This document shows positions 17,163-27,910 of a stretch of 43,293 bases of DNA, one piece after another. A program made the position numbers and the translations under genes. Within the stretch, counting starts at the first letter, position 1; the number at the start of each line of letters is the position of its first letter. The notes below the pieces were generated by a model. It did not search any database. It saw only the letters and a list, made by a program, of their open reading frames with translations, and was not told the origin of the DNA. The DNA is from Bdellovibrionota bacterium (GTDB lineage Bacteria; Bdellovibrionota_C; UBA2361; OMII01): the NCBI GenBank assembly GCA_044356215.1, contig JBIKWQ010000024.1:1-43293 (forward strand), in the 5' to 3' direction.

Positions 17163-18767
17163 ATGGTCCATGTGATGAGAACCCTATCTCGATATTTGAA
17201 AGCAATCTCCCTGCTCGGCTTTCTCGTTTACATAGCGCTTTCAACACTAACACTAGCGAAGTACGCGAAACACGCTGATGTTAAAGCCAATAATACGGTT
17301 TCCACATCTGGCGATGCTCACGGCTACCAGAAAATGGCTGTTAATATCTTACGAGGTCTTGGACCCGCGGATTCAGAGAGCCTACCTCTTAGTGAATACA
17401 AATTAGATCTCAGCACCCCATGGGGCGAAGCTGCCTTAGCTTACGAGCACCAAAATGGTCCAAGGCCAGTTAACAGTCACTTCGATCGTCCTCCTGGATT
17501 TCCACTAATGCTCGCGGCGACTTATTCTATAACTGGAGTAGACTCGCTCTACGCTCGATATCTCATCGCTATATGCGTGTCTCTCGGAGCGTTATTTCTC
17601 GCCCTAGGTGGTTATTGCGTATCTCCTACACTCGGCGCATTAGCGGGAATGCTCACCGCTTTTATATACCTGTCCGCGGCTCAGCCCGCTTGGTTTGATG
17701 GGATTCTAACCGAGATCCCCGCGAGCTTTTGGGTCGCTGCCTTTTTTTCTTTCTTCGCGCTATACGAAAGACTCGACGATCAAAGATCACAGCATTTGAA
17801 AACCACCGCTATGGCGATCAGCGCGTTTAGTTTAACCATGGCGATCTTCACGCGGTTTAATTTTTTTACTGTCATTCCTTTTATGTTGGCATATCTGGTT
17901 TGGAGGCGCGCCAGCCGATTCAGGGTGATACTGTTCTTATTGATTACCTGCATCCCATTAGCTCTGTGGAGCTCCTACGCTTCAAGTAAGCTTGGCAAAT
18001 TCACCTTCTTATCTACTCAGGGTAGCGGACTATTCTCTACCAGTAACAACATCGACTCTCTAAACGGTCTTGGGGCGGATGGATGGAATAGAGGGGGGTG
18101 GAATCCAGGCTGGATTAAGGGCCAAGATGGGAGCCTTTCGTGTGACTATCGATACCTGCCGCCAGACGGCAGCGGCTGGAAGCGGGGATTATCATTCTGG
18201 CGTCAAAATCTTACCGAGCTTCCGAGGCTTTTCTACAATAAAGCCGAGAAGGGTCTCTGGTATAACGATGGAATAGTCACCCTACCTACCAAACCAGAAG
18301 GATTTCACATTCTAGCGATCTGCTTTTTGCTGCTAGCGATAGGGCAACGACATCTTTCTAGGGAGAGATCTAATCCTTCTCATGCGCTTGGGTGGGTAAA
18401 CTTAACTCAGGTAGCCCTGATAACCGCGGCCGTATACTGTTGGAACACCGTCCCATTCTACTGGATCTTGACGATCTGGATAGGACTTCTGATTCTATCT
18501 CTACTTCGTGCCATCCGCGGGACTCCGCGTCTGGGGCTTCCGATGCCTCTCTGGGCTGCTAGCTTTGTCCTTTCTCATGTCATTTCGACCCTAGTTTTTT
18601 ATGGTTCTTGGAGGTTCCACCAACCCTTCGATTTGCTGATGTTTTTTTTAGCGTTCTTTGGCTTGATGGCCACGATCAAGTCCGTTTATGAAAAAAATGG
18701 GCCAATGGGGATACTAACGGGGATAACCTGGGCGGCCTTAATTGCAAGACAGTTCCAGCTGGTATAA
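17163..18767 (+). CDS. GT-C-like polytopic membrane protein (ArnT/PMT-like)
   Basis: 'GDAHGY' loop after TM1, RPPGFP, ILTEIP, many TM segments. Confidence 0.65.
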   Translation: MVHVMRTLSRYLKAISLLGFLVYIALSTLTLAKYAKHADVKANNTVSTSGDAHGYQKMAVNILRGLGPADSESLPLSEYKLDLSTPWGEAALAYEHQNGPRPVNSHFDRPPGFPLMLAATYSITGVDSLYARYLIAICVSLGALFLALGGYCVSPTLGALAGMLTAFIYLSAAQPAWFDGILTEIPASFWVAAFFSFFALYERLDDQRSQHLKTTAMAISAFSLTMAIFTRFNFFTVIPFMLAYLVWRRASRFRVILFLLITCIPLALWSSYASSKLGKFTFLSTQGSGLFSTSNNIDSLNGLGADGWNRGGWNPGWIKGQDGSLSCDYRYLPPDGSGWKRGLSFWRQNLTELPRLFYNKAEKGLWYNDGIVTLPTKPEGFHILAICFLLLAIGQRHLSRERSNPSHALGWVNLTQVALITAAVYCWNTVPFYWILTIWIGLLILSLLRAIRGTPRLGLPMPLWAASFVLSHVISTLVFYGSWRFHQPFDLLMFFLAFFGLMATIKSVYEKNGPMGILTGITWAALIARQFQLV

Positions 18768-18829
18768 CCTGTTGACTCCGCGTAATCCCAGTCTATGTCT
18801 CACGAGCCTTTCGACCTGAGTAGCTACCT

Positions 18830-19666
18830 GTGAATACATATTGCTCCGACAGCTCAAGGAGGAAATTACTTAAACCCTCCCTTTTGGATGCCATTCGGCA
18901 CCGACATTTAATCATCCGACTAGTCCATCGAGAGATCGTGGCTCGCTATAAGGGATCTACTCTCGGCATAGCTTGGGCTGTTCTAGTTCCGATATTAAGC
19001 CTCTCGGTCTACACATTCATTTTTACCCGTGTTTTTAAAGGGCACTGGGTGGGAGCGGAATCAAGACTTGGCGACTACTCGCTAAGGATGTTTTGTGGAC
19101 TGTTGATATTCAACTTTTTCGCTGAGGCGATTACCCGCGCTCCTCGGCTGATATTGGATAACGCCTCCTACGTTAAGAAAGTGGTCTTTCCCCTCGATGT
19201 CTTGGCGATTGTATGTGTCGGGTCCGCCTTAGTGAATGGCTTTATCGGCTTCTTCGTGTTTTTGGCTTTCTATTTAGTCAGCACCGGCTTTCCGCCATTA
19301 GAGATGATTTTTATACCGATAATCTTAGCACCACTAGCCCTATTTACAGTCGGGCTGGTATGGATTCTATCTTCACTCGGAGTATTCCTAAGGGATATAC
19401 AGCACGTTGTCTCAGTAGCGATATCGCTAATGCTTTTTCTTACTCCCGTTTTCTATCCGTTAAGCGCGCTTCCGGATGTGGCGAGAAAAGTGGCTCTATT
19501 TAATCCCGTGGCGATCTCCATCGAGGCTTGCCGCTCTCTGATTTTTAGTGGTGCCCTGATGAACAAGTGGGAGCTTGTTTTCGCCTCTATAATTAGTTTA
19601 GGAACATTTATTGTCGGCAACTGGTGGTTCTCCAATACAAGGAGAGGTTTCGCCGATGTCATCTAA
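18830..19666 (+). CDS. wzm: Polysaccharide ABC exporter permease
   Basis: RYKGSTLG..W, YVKKVVFP, FLRD, FLTPVFYP, FADVI. Confidence 0.93.
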   Translation: MNTYCSDSSRRKLLKPSLLDAIRHRHLIIRLVHREIVARYKGSTLGIAWAVLVPILSLSVYTFIFTRVFKGHWVGAESRLGDYSLRMFCGLLIFNFFAEAITRAPRLILDNASYVKKVVFPLDVLAIVCVGSALVNGFIGFFVFLAFYLVSTGFPPLEMIFIPIILAPLALFTVGLVWILSSLGVFLRDIQHVVSVAISLMLFLTPVFYPLSALPDVARKVALFNPVAISIEACRSLIFSGALMNKWELVFASIISLGTFIVGNWWFSNTRRGFADVI

Positions 19667-20870
19667 ACCAGTGATTACAGCCAAAGACCTTTCTAAAGCG
19701 TACACAATGTACGCTGCTCCACGGGACCGCTTAAAGCAGATGATCTTTGGAAATAGGCGGAAGTATTACCAGGAGTTTTGGGCGCTTCGAGGAGCGTCTC
19801 TTGAGATAAACAGAGGCGAGACAGTCGGAATAATAGGACGAAATGGCTGTGGTAAATCAACTTTACTTCAGATGATCTGCGGGACCTTAAACCCCACATC
19901 TGGAACAATTCATGTTGATGGCAGAGTCGCAGCCCTTCTTGAGCTTGGTGCGGGATTCAACCCTGAATTTACAGGCATTGAGAATATCCGGCTTAACGCG
20001 ATGATTCTTGGACTCTCCCCAGAGGAAATTGAGGACCGTCTAGATAAGATTATAGCTTTCGCTGACATCGGAGCTTTTATAAATCAACCGGTAAAGACTT
20101 TCTCAAGTGGTATGTACGCTCGCTTGGCCTTTGCCGTGGCAGTACATGTGGATCCTGAGATTCTTATCGTAGATGAGATACTTGCTGTTGGGGACGCCGC
20201 TTTCCAGAGAAAGTGCGTCGAGAAATTCTATGAGATTAGAGCCGCTGGAACCACGGTTTTATTTGTTTCTCACGATGCTTATCAAGTAAAGAATCTCTGC
20301 GATCGGGCAGTCTACCTTAAGAATGGGCAGATTGAAGCGATAGGCCCAGCAGATTCCATTGTGGATCAGTACACTTTCGACCTCGAAAATTCCACTAAAC
20401 CGCCGGCAACACAGGAGCAAAAAGATAATTCAACAAGCGAGCTGGAAAAGCTTTTTGCAATCGACAGCATCACTCTGGAAGACCACGCTGGAAATAAGGT
20501 CGATCAGGTAAAAAGCGGATCCGACCTTCGCCTTAGATTTTCCTATCGCGCCGTAAACAAAACATTCCCAGACGAGCTATCGTTTGTCTTCAATCTGTAT
20601 AGGCATGACGGATTATATGTATGTGGGGTAACCACTTTAATGGAGAAGTTGCCCCCCTTCAAAGCTTACTCTCAGGGAGAGGTTATAATATCATTTCCTA
20701 AACTATCACTTCTTGCTGGGCAATACACATGGCGTGTCGCGCTTAATGACGCCGGCGGATTATACGTCCACGCGCAAGCGAGCCATGTCTGTGAATTTAA
20801 AGTGATCGATGATTTTCAGGCTGTCGGACTAGTAGATATTCCGCACGTCTGGGAGTCTCGTGAATTGTAA
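19656..20870 (+). CDS. wzt: Polysaccharide ABC exporter ATPase with C-terminal Wzt_C carbohydrate-binding domain
   Basis: GRNGCGKST, FSSGM, IVDEILAVGD, ~150-aa beta-rich C-terminal domain. ATG at 19656 follows an AGGAGAGG SD. Confidence 0.93.
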   Translation: MSSKPVITAKDLSKAYTMYAAPRDRLKQMIFGNRRKYYQEFWALRGASLEINRGETVGIIGRNGCGKSTLLQMICGTLNPTSGTIHVDGRVAALLELGAGFNPEFTGIENIRLNAMILGLSPEEIEDRLDKIIAFADIGAFINQPVKTFSSGMYARLAFAVAVHVDPEILIVDEILAVGDAAFQRKCVEKFYEIRAAGTTVLFVSHDAYQVKNLCDRAVYLKNGQIEAIGPADSIVDQYTFDLENSTKPPATQEQKDNSTSELEKLFAIDSITLEDHAGNKVDQVKSGSDLRLRFSYRAVNKTFPDELSFVFNLYRHDGLYVCGVTTLMEKLPPFKAYSQGEVIISFPKLSLLAGQYTWRVALNDAGGLYVHAQASHVCEFKVIDDFQAVGLVDIPHVWESREL

Positions 20871-22971
20871 TGTCACAACCAAAAGTTCTATGGAAAGACT
20901 AAATTTTGATAATGTAGCTCAAGTGGATGATTGGGAAGTAGCTATTCATCTAGCGAGATATTCCGTGGTAGCCGACTTGTGTGAAGGGAAGACGGTGCTC
21001 GATATCGCTTGCGGTGAGGGCTATGGGGCGTACCTTATGGCAACCCGCTGGGGAGCCGCTGCGGTAGACGCCTATGACATATCAAAGGAAGCCCTAAAAG
21101 CCGCTGAAGAAAGATTCTCGAATCCAAAGATTCAGTGGCGACACGGGGACGCGGATCAGATGACCGTCTCTGACTTTCCCCGCAAATATGATGTCATCAT
21201 CAGCCTTGAGACGATTGAACACATTAATAACCCCGCGAAGTTCATTGCTACCCTTGCTCGCCTACTCAAGCCAGGAGGCCTACTATGCGTCTCGTGTCCA
21301 AACGATAGCTGGTATTATGGCGAAGGGCTAACATACAACAGATACCACAAGCATGTATGGACCTTCGAACAATTTAGGGAGATGGCCGACACCGCGGTGG
21401 GCTCACCGGGACAGTACCTCATAGGCTCAACCGCGAAAGCTATCTGCGCCGTTCCATTTTCAAAGTCCGTTGGAAAGAATTCGCCGGGAACCCTTTCAGA
21501 TAGAGTCGTTTCGTCAGAGAGGGGCGAGGCTACATTTTTTACGCCGGTTCAAGTAAACGCCTCGTCACCGTCGGAATCACTCTATTTTCTCGGTCTTTGG
21601 GGCGATATGGCAGCCACCGCCATGAAGCCTCATGGAGCCGCGGCGCCGGTATCACCGGAACGACTCGCGACAATCCAGCACTCCAGAGCCCCGAGGGCAA
21701 CCGCGAACAAGAAACCCGTAATAGTCCTCGCGGCTGACATTCCTGGATGGGCATATTGCAATATCGCCCACAACGTAAAGCGTTTCCTTGGTGCGTCTTA
21801 TGATATCCAAATAGTGTATCTTGGACACTATAACCATTGGAGCGAATTCTACTACGATGCCTTCTGGAAACGTGAGGCATCTCTGGTTCATGTATTCTGG
21901 CGGGAATTTCTCTATGAGACATGCTGGGCAGATGTTGCCTATGAAGTTAATGAGCGATTCAGAGCTGACCATGATCACTTCATACAAAGAATGGCTGACA
22001 CAGCTATTACCACATCAGTTTACGACCACCTGAATGTTGATGAGCTAAGCTTTAAACAACGTGAGCTGCTTTTCTCATTTGTAGACTCTTACTTTGTCAG
22101 CTCGGACAAATTACTCGATATATATTCTAAAGGATTGCACAACGCTCCAGACTTGGTGATCGAGGACGGCGTTGACCCTGAGCTCTTCACGCCACACAAT
22201 CTGGAACGGTTCTCCGATCACAATCGCCCCCTGGTCATCGGCTGGGCAGGAAACTCCGCTTGGTGCGAAAATAAGGATTATGACCCAAAGGGCTTTAAGT
22301 CGATTATCATGCCGGCCATCGAATCTTTGAAGAGCGAGGGCCTAAACATAGACGGTTTATTCGCTGATGCTTCTCAGGGAAAGAGACCGCGCTCTGAGAT
22401 GCCCAAATACTATAATTCAATCGACCTTTATGTCTGCGCCTCGGAAATTGAAGGCACGCCAAATCCGATCCTAGAATGCATGTCTTGCGGTGTTCCGGCG
22501 GTAAGCTCCGATGTCGGAGTCGTTCCTCAGGTGTTTGGTCCGCTACAGCTCCAGTTTCTTCTTCAGGAGAGAAACGTAGAAGCGTTCAAAAACGCTATCA
22601 GAAAGATCTACAACGACAGGTCGATACTTCAAGGGTTATCACAGGAGAATTTATCGCGGATACAGTCTTGGTCATGGCAAGATAAGATGGGACGTTGGCT
22701 ATCCCTTTTCCAATTGGCACTATCTCGACTGAACAGCAGAAATATCGCGCGCAAGAAGCATCTTCTGATGGGAGCGAATCTAGCGGCGAGTGATGAACTA
22801 TCTCTGCGGGGAATCGTTATCGAACAGCAGAAAATATCACGTGAGCGAAACCGCGATAATTCATACCTGAAGTCGCAGCTAGATGATAAGAACCGATTAA
22901 TACAGGATCTGCTAAAAGAGAGGGAAACCTTGCGCCTCGCGCGAAGGCTTAGCCAAGGAGAGGTGTTTTAG
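20860..22971 (+). CDS. Methyltransferase + GT4-like glycosyltransferase fusion with C-terminal coiled coil
   Basis: HLARY, LDIACGEGYG, SLETIEH, then EGTPNPILECMSCG. C-terminal heptad-like 'LKSQLDDKNRLIQDLLKERETL'. Confidence 0.8.
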   Translation: MNCNVTTKSSMERLNFDNVAQVDDWEVAIHLARYSVVADLCEGKTVLDIACGEGYGAYLMATRWGAAAVDAYDISKEALKAAEERFSNPKIQWRHGDADQMTVSDFPRKYDVIISLETIEHINNPAKFIATLARLLKPGGLLCVSCPNDSWYYGEGLTYNRYHKHVWTFEQFREMADTAVGSPGQYLIGSTAKAICAVPFSKSVGKNSPGTLSDRVVSSERGEATFFTPVQVNASSPSESLYFLGLWGDMAATAMKPHGAAAPVSPERLATIQHSRAPRATANKKPVIVLAADIPGWAYCNIAHNVKRFLGASYDIQIVYLGHYNHWSEFYYDAFWKREASLVHVFWREFLYETCWADVAYEVNERFRADHDHFIQRMADTAITTSVYDHLNVDELSFKQRELLFSFVDSYFVSSDKLLDIYSKGLHNAPDLVIEDGVDPELFTPHNLERFSDHNRPLVIGWAGNSAWCENKDYDPKGFKSIIMPAIESLKSEGLNIDGLFADASQGKRPRSEMPKYYNSIDLYVCASEIEGTPNPILECMSCGVPAVSSDVGVVPQVFGPLQLQFLLQERNVEAFKNAIRKIYNDRSILQGLSQENLSRIQSWSWQDKMGRWLSLFQLALSRLNSRNIARKKHLLMGANLAASDELSLRGIVIEQQKISRERNRDNSYLKSQLDDKNRLIQDLLKERETLRLARRLSQGEVF

Positions 22972-22985
22972 AGTGAGGGTGCGGA

Positions 22986-24698
22986 GTGAATAGAGGAATT
23001 ACCACAAAACTCATCGTGGCCATAATCGCGTTAGCTTCATGCTTCGCGTCACTATGTGTCTTGCGCGAGGATTGGCTTTTTACCAACCCGTACATCCTTC
23101 CGTGGTTTGACCCGTTCGTATATCTCGGGTTTTTCCTGCGCTATCCTGAGTATGTCAAAGCCTATCCTGGCTATTATCCAGGCGAACGGCTATCAGTAAT
23201 AATTCCTGGCTATCTAATATTTAAAGCATTTGAGCCTAGTATCGCTAGCGTTGTAATCAGAACTTTACTCTGGTTTGGCAGCTGCGGAGCTCTGCTCCTT
23301 TCGACTTCGATCATATGCGGGTGGAGAGCTGGCCTGCTAGCAACTCTCCTACTAGGTCTGCATCCAACTTTTTTAGGAGCCGCGGGTTGGGATTATATAG
23401 ATGGATTCGCTAACTGCTACCACTTCGCCGCTTGGGCAATACTTTCAATCATAATCGCTGGCCGCAGAAGTAACGGGCTATACGCTACCTTTGGAGCGAC
23501 ATTAGCTCTTATGTTTCTTAGCAGCACCTTTATGGCTGTTTTCATCGCGCCTTTAATCGCCGTTCTTACTGTCGCCACTTATTCCGGTTCGGTCAAAGCG
23601 GCATTTAGATCCTGGATGTGGATCCTTATTGGCTCTATAGCTGTAATACTCGCTGTTACTCTCATTAACGTGTGCGCTGGGGGCCCCGCGTTCATATTCG
23701 CCTCGCAATACAACGCCATGCGGCAACTCCTCTCAGGGCAGATCCCAGCGACCGATCCGAGCGCGTGGCAACCTATTTTATGGAACGCACCTTGGGCAGC
23801 TCTACCTTTGGTAATGGCATTATTTGGCACATTCAAGTTACCCTCCGCGCTCATGTCCCTGCGTAACCTAAGAAGTTTAGACGCCGTATCAAGAACTCGC
23901 GCCCTCCTCCCTGCGCTAGCGCTTTATCAGATGATGGTCTACGGTTTTCTTCAGGCAACTAGCTTCACTGCACTCTCCTTTTTCTGTTATTCGAGCATGC
24001 TGGTGCCTTTATGTTTTTTAGGGCTAGCGTCACTAATCAGCGAGTTTAGCGCAAATTTTTCAAGGCGAGCGTTTATAGGCCTATCGCTTTTCTCAGCCTT
24101 TTGCTCTCTGCTTACTCTTCATCCAAAAGTGGGAAAACTTATCCTTGATTGCTATTCAGTTGGCTACTACAAAACCTTCACTATTATTCCTGTTGTTGGA
24201 TTCTGTGGGGCCTTATTAGCGTTTTCGTCGATCAAATCAGACTTTAAGAAGGGATTGGGCGCGTTAGCCCTTTTTTGCATAGCTAGCGCGACGACCTTTA
24301 ATACCCCTCAGATAAATCATTTCTGGCACGAAAGACGAACCTATGGAATTAGAGCTATTGCTGAGGCGGTGAATCACTTCCAGGACTCAAACCGCGATGG
24401 CCAGTTAGGAATGTGGATGAACACTCGCGACCCTAAATATGGAGATAACATATTCTGGGCTTCCTGGATCGCCAACCACATTAGAGCGGGAAGCTTCAGG
24501 TCAACGGACCTTCCGGCGTTTGATCCTAAGACCGCTTCTCATGGATCGAAGGTTATGGTGTTTACCTCCGAAAACAACGGCAACGAATTGGTCACCAAGG
24601 CTCTTAGAGATCAAGGACTGTCTCATACAGTAGTCAGCCAACGTCGCATCGTCCACGGACGGATAGATTTTTGGATGACCCTGATTAGCTTAAACTAG
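22986..24698 (+). CDS. Polytopic membrane protein, putative GT-C glycosyltransferase
   Basis: ~12 TM segments, acidic loop after TM1 (WFDPFVY), soluble C-terminal domain, glycan-locus context. Confidence 0.5.
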   Translation: MNRGITTKLIVAIIALASCFASLCVLREDWLFTNPYILPWFDPFVYLGFFLRYPEYVKAYPGYYPGERLSVIIPGYLIFKAFEPSIASVVIRTLLWFGSCGALLLSTSIICGWRAGLLATLLLGLHPTFLGAAGWDYIDGFANCYHFAAWAILSIIIAGRRSNGLYATFGATLALMFLSSTFMAVFIAPLIAVLTVATYSGSVKAAFRSWMWILIGSIAVILAVTLINVCAGGPAFIFASQYNAMRQLLSGQIPATDPSAWQPILWNAPWAALPLVMALFGTFKLPSALMSLRNLRSLDAVSRTRALLPALALYQMMVYGFLQATSFTALSFFCYSSMLVPLCFLGLASLISEFSANFSRRAFIGLSLFSAFCSLLTLHPKVGKLILDCYSVGYYKTFTIIPVVGFCGALLAFSSIKSDFKKGLGALALFCIASATTFNTPQINHFWHERRTYGIRAIAEAVNHFQDSNRDGQLGMWMNTRDPKYGDNIFWASWIANHIRAGSFRSTDLPAFDPKTASHGSKVMVFTSENNGNELVTKALRDQGLSHTVVSQRRIVHGRIDFWMTLISLN

Positions 24699-24700
24699 TC

Positions 24701-26215
24701 ATGTTGAATAAAGAGAGCTCGCGAAACCTTTCGTTTAAAGCACTAGGCGCCCTAGCCATAGTCATTTGCGGCTGCTTTCTCATCATTAAACTTAAGCTTT
24801 TTTACGGGCTGGCATACACCTCTGATCTATTTATCCATACTCAAAAAAGTCGCAGCTTTCTCTACGGCCTGCCTCTTCTATACGACAATATTCACGGACC
24901 CCACCCATATCACAACACCTTTCTTGAGCTAGCTCTTAGTCCCTTCAGCGCTTTATATGGGGCGTCAGGTTTGATATCCGCGTACTGGCTTATATGCGCT
25001 AGTGTCTTTACTTGGATGATCTATTCGTCGAGAACCGCTTCTGCCGCAGGAAGAGTTTATATCCCATTCATGCTCTTTGTTTCCCTGCTTGGCCCGATAG
25101 GCTTCTGGACCTTCGACAATCCGGTCTATGGCTGGCACCCGGAGATGCTATCTCTGCCGTGCGGACTGGGGTTGGCTGTTAGCCTAATCCAGCGGCGCCG
25201 CGCCCTCACACTTATTTTTAGCCTAGCATGCCTACTCACGCACGAGATTGGAGCGGTACTGGCCGGGTCCATTCATCTGTTATTTTTTTACATAAGACAG
25301 CTTCCTAGCACATCAGGGTTACGACAGATCAGCAAGCGACACGTTCGGATTCTTTGGCCGTGGGTAATACTTTTCGCGGTAGGACTTATTATCCAGCGTC
25401 TGTGGGATTCCGCTGGCTCCGGCAGATTGGATGGCGTTATTCAGCAGCTACAGACAGAGGCGGGAAGAAAGCTGGCAGTTGGTTTAATATCGCCCTTACT
25501 CGGGCTCTTGGCGATATCGTCCCTGGGGTTTCTCGCTTTAACGAAATCTGTAAAGCATGTGCTCATGATTCTCTTCTGCGCGACTCCAGCTATATTGGCT
25601 GGGGCCGGAGCTGGACTTGCTTATGGAGACTTCCCCGGCGCGGATATGCACAACATATTCTGGCCTCCACGCTGGTCATTTATCTGGGCTATTACTATCT
25701 CGGGAACCTTTTTCTCTTTGTTCAATTCCTCTAATAGTAGAAATGGAATATCTGGGCTTATCCTATCGGCGTCTTTATTAACTGTAGTCCTTATTTGGTG
25801 CCAAGACAGCTGGCTGAGAAAATACAGGTCTTACAACGCGACTGAGCGGGTCACTATGGCGTTCTCGGGCTATATCAGACCACTTTTCTCTCAAAAAGAG
25901 CTATCTCTGATTAGCTGCCTTAGTGATCAAATATCTAAAAGAAATAGAATAGTGCTACCTGGATCGATGTGGGCTCTTTTCGAAGCGCATGACATCGAGT
26001 TTCTAAACCCTAGCAATCCTTATCGAGCCGACCCTTCTATCTTGCTGTGCGATCTCGCGACCAGGACCCCGTTCGATTATGACTGCCTAAACAAACAGGA
26101 GCCATACTCGACTAATACAGAGTATATGACTAAAGACTTTGAGAGCTTGCGTATTACTTTTAGGAAGAGGTTACGTGATACTTACCGTCTCTGCAGAAAG
26201 AGCCTGCTTGACTGA
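24701..26215 (+). CDS. Polytopic membrane protein, DUF2079-like/GT-C
   Basis: 'SDLFIHTQ', 'GWHPE', 'THE' resemble DUF2079 'DLGIF.Q', 'FHP', 'KE'; many TM segments. Confidence 0.5.
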   Translation: MLNKESSRNLSFKALGALAIVICGCFLIIKLKLFYGLAYTSDLFIHTQKSRSFLYGLPLLYDNIHGPHPYHNTFLELALSPFSALYGASGLISAYWLICASVFTWMIYSSRTASAAGRVYIPFMLFVSLLGPIGFWTFDNPVYGWHPEMLSLPCGLGLAVSLIQRRRALTLIFSLACLLTHEIGAVLAGSIHLLFFYIRQLPSTSGLRQISKRHVRILWPWVILFAVGLIIQRLWDSAGSGRLDGVIQQLQTEAGRKLAVGLISPLLGLLAISSLGFLALTKSVKHVLMILFCATPAILAGAGAGLAYGDFPGADMHNIFWPPRWSFIWAITISGTFFSLFNSSNSRNGISGLILSASLLTVVLIWCQDSWLRKYRSYNATERVTMAFSGYIRPLFSQKELSLISCLSDQISKRNRIVLPGSMWALFEAHDIEFLNPSNPYRADPSILLCDLATRTPFDYDCLNKQEPYSTNTEYMTKDFESLRITFRKRLRDTYRLCRKSLLD

Positions 26216-26247
26216 AGAGCTGAAAAGAGTCGAGACTCCTTGCAACT

Positions 26248-27804
26248 ATGAATAGGCGCTTGCCCTTGCTATCAATTATTATCTGCGTTTTTGTCGCGAC
26301 GCTCTGTTTATTGCGAATTCAGGTCCCACTCCTCGATTATCCTTTTCTCTTTCCGGACTCGTTCGATTGGCTCATGAATGGCCTAGAATACGCGAATATC
26401 CTCCCTGGCCACTCTGAAATATCGCACCGTGGGATGTTAATGACTCTAGTTTTGGCGTTCCTTTATAAAATCGATCAGATTCAATTAGCTACTATTCTTG
26501 GTACTCTCTCCCTTGGACTACTCTGCCTCTCTCTAGTGATCCTTTTATCCCCATCTCTCACCAGAAGAACTGTGATGTGGGCAACTGTTTTAAACCTAAT
26601 ATCATTCACAACGCTCAGTCAGTCAGCATATGTAGGGGCTGACTCTATCGCCAACTTATGCGCCAGCGTATTCAGCCTGGGCATGATACTCATGGTGCTT
26701 AAACCCGGAACCGGTCTGATGTACGCACTCGGTGTGGTCGGAGGATTAGGAGCTCACTCTCAAAACATATTTCCTATCCTTGCCCCGCTTTATCTGGCGA
26801 TTCTCTGCTGGGGGCTAATTACTCATTCAAGCTTTAGAGATGTGGTGTTCTCACGTCACGGCTTAGGCGCTCTCCTCCTTTTTTTTCTTCTGACCTTCGT
26901 TTTTCTCCTCCCACGATGGTCAATGTACGGAACATTTTATGAGGAACGAGTACAGCATGCGTCGCTCATCAGCTTTAGCCTAGCAGGTAGCAAATACTAT
27001 ATTTCGGCACTGGTAAGCTCGTTTAGCTGGCCTATCTGCGTGTTAGCCACGATCGGAGCATTCATAGGTTGGCGCTCCGGGGGAGCCTCGAGAATTTACG
27101 TATTTTTTTTCTTGGTGTGGATTTTTAACGTATTCGCGTTCTTCGCATGGCTATATAGCTGGCGTGACGTCAGATTCTGGATCTACGGATCTGTACCACT
27201 ACTAACATTAGCGGCGATGGCGCTGGATTTCCTCTCTATTGTTAGCAATCGATTTATCTACACCCTAATCTCCTGTGTCGCGGTGTACTCTATTCACTCA
27301 CCTCCCACTAATGATCCGTGGGATCGTTCAATAATGATAACTCCTTGGCGCGCCATTAGCTTCCGGGGGAACGGCGTATATCGTTTCGACCGGATACTTT
27401 CCTTGCCTTTCCTAAAAGGTCACTTAACAGATCTTTCTGACGCGAAGCAGGCAAGCCTCGCGGGAATTCAGACAGGTATGAGAGATCCAGATTTACAAAA
27501 AATAGTGGTGGCCGCCGCGCCAATAGCTGGCCCTTCACAAATAGCCGTTTTTGGGGAGCTATCTCCGGATTGGCACTATATAGCTAAGAACCGTAACCAA
27601 CTTTACATTAGATCTAACAGAGTGATTCTTATTACCGATCCAGAGCACTTAAAGAGTTTTTTGAGTCAAGGCAACTTAGCTATTTGCCGACGTGACATAT
27701 CGGCAAAAGTCCTGTCAGATCTACACTCGATGCCGATTAAAGTTAGCGAGCTATCTTTGCCTACAACAAATACCGCCTATACGCTTATAGGCACAGCTCA
27801 ATAG
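26248..27804 (+). CDS. Polytopic membrane protein, putative GT-C glycosyltransferase
   Basis: 'PDSFDW' loop after TM1, 'RDVRF' late loop, many TM segments. Confidence 0.5.
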   Translation: MNRRLPLLSIIICVFVATLCLLRIQVPLLDYPFLFPDSFDWLMNGLEYANILPGHSEISHRGMLMTLVLAFLYKIDQIQLATILGTLSLGLLCLSLVILLSPSLTRRTVMWATVLNLISFTTLSQSAYVGADSIANLCASVFSLGMILMVLKPGTGLMYALGVVGGLGAHSQNIFPILAPLYLAILCWGLITHSSFRDVVFSRHGLGALLLFFLLTFVFLLPRWSMYGTFYEERVQHASLISFSLAGSKYYISALVSSFSWPICVLATIGAFIGWRSGGASRIYVFFFLVWIFNVFAFFAWLYSWRDVRFWIYGSVPLLTLAAMALDFLSIVSNRFIYTLISCVAVYSIHSPPTNDPWDRSIMITPWRAISFRGNGVYRFDRILSLPFLKGHLTDLSDAKQASLAGIQTGMRDPDLQKIVVAAAPIAGPSQIAVFGELSPDWHYIAKNRNQLYIRSNRVILITDPEHLKSFLSQGNLAICRRDISAKVLSDLHSMPIKVSELSLPTTNTAYTLIGTAQ

Positions 27805-27885
27805 ATAGAACTACCTGCTCCATATCGGCTAGAAACCGCTCTCTTCGTGTAGCTACTCTTCGATGCCCAATTCACTAAACGACGC

Positions 27886-27910
27886 GTAAGCGAGGTTTTG
27901 CCTCACTTAC
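27886..27910 (-). terminator. Hairpin between convergent genes (possible terminator)
   Basis: Minus strand GTAAGTGAGG-caaaa-CCTCGCTTAC, a 10-bp stem with one G-U pair, directly after the stop. Confidence 0.45.
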
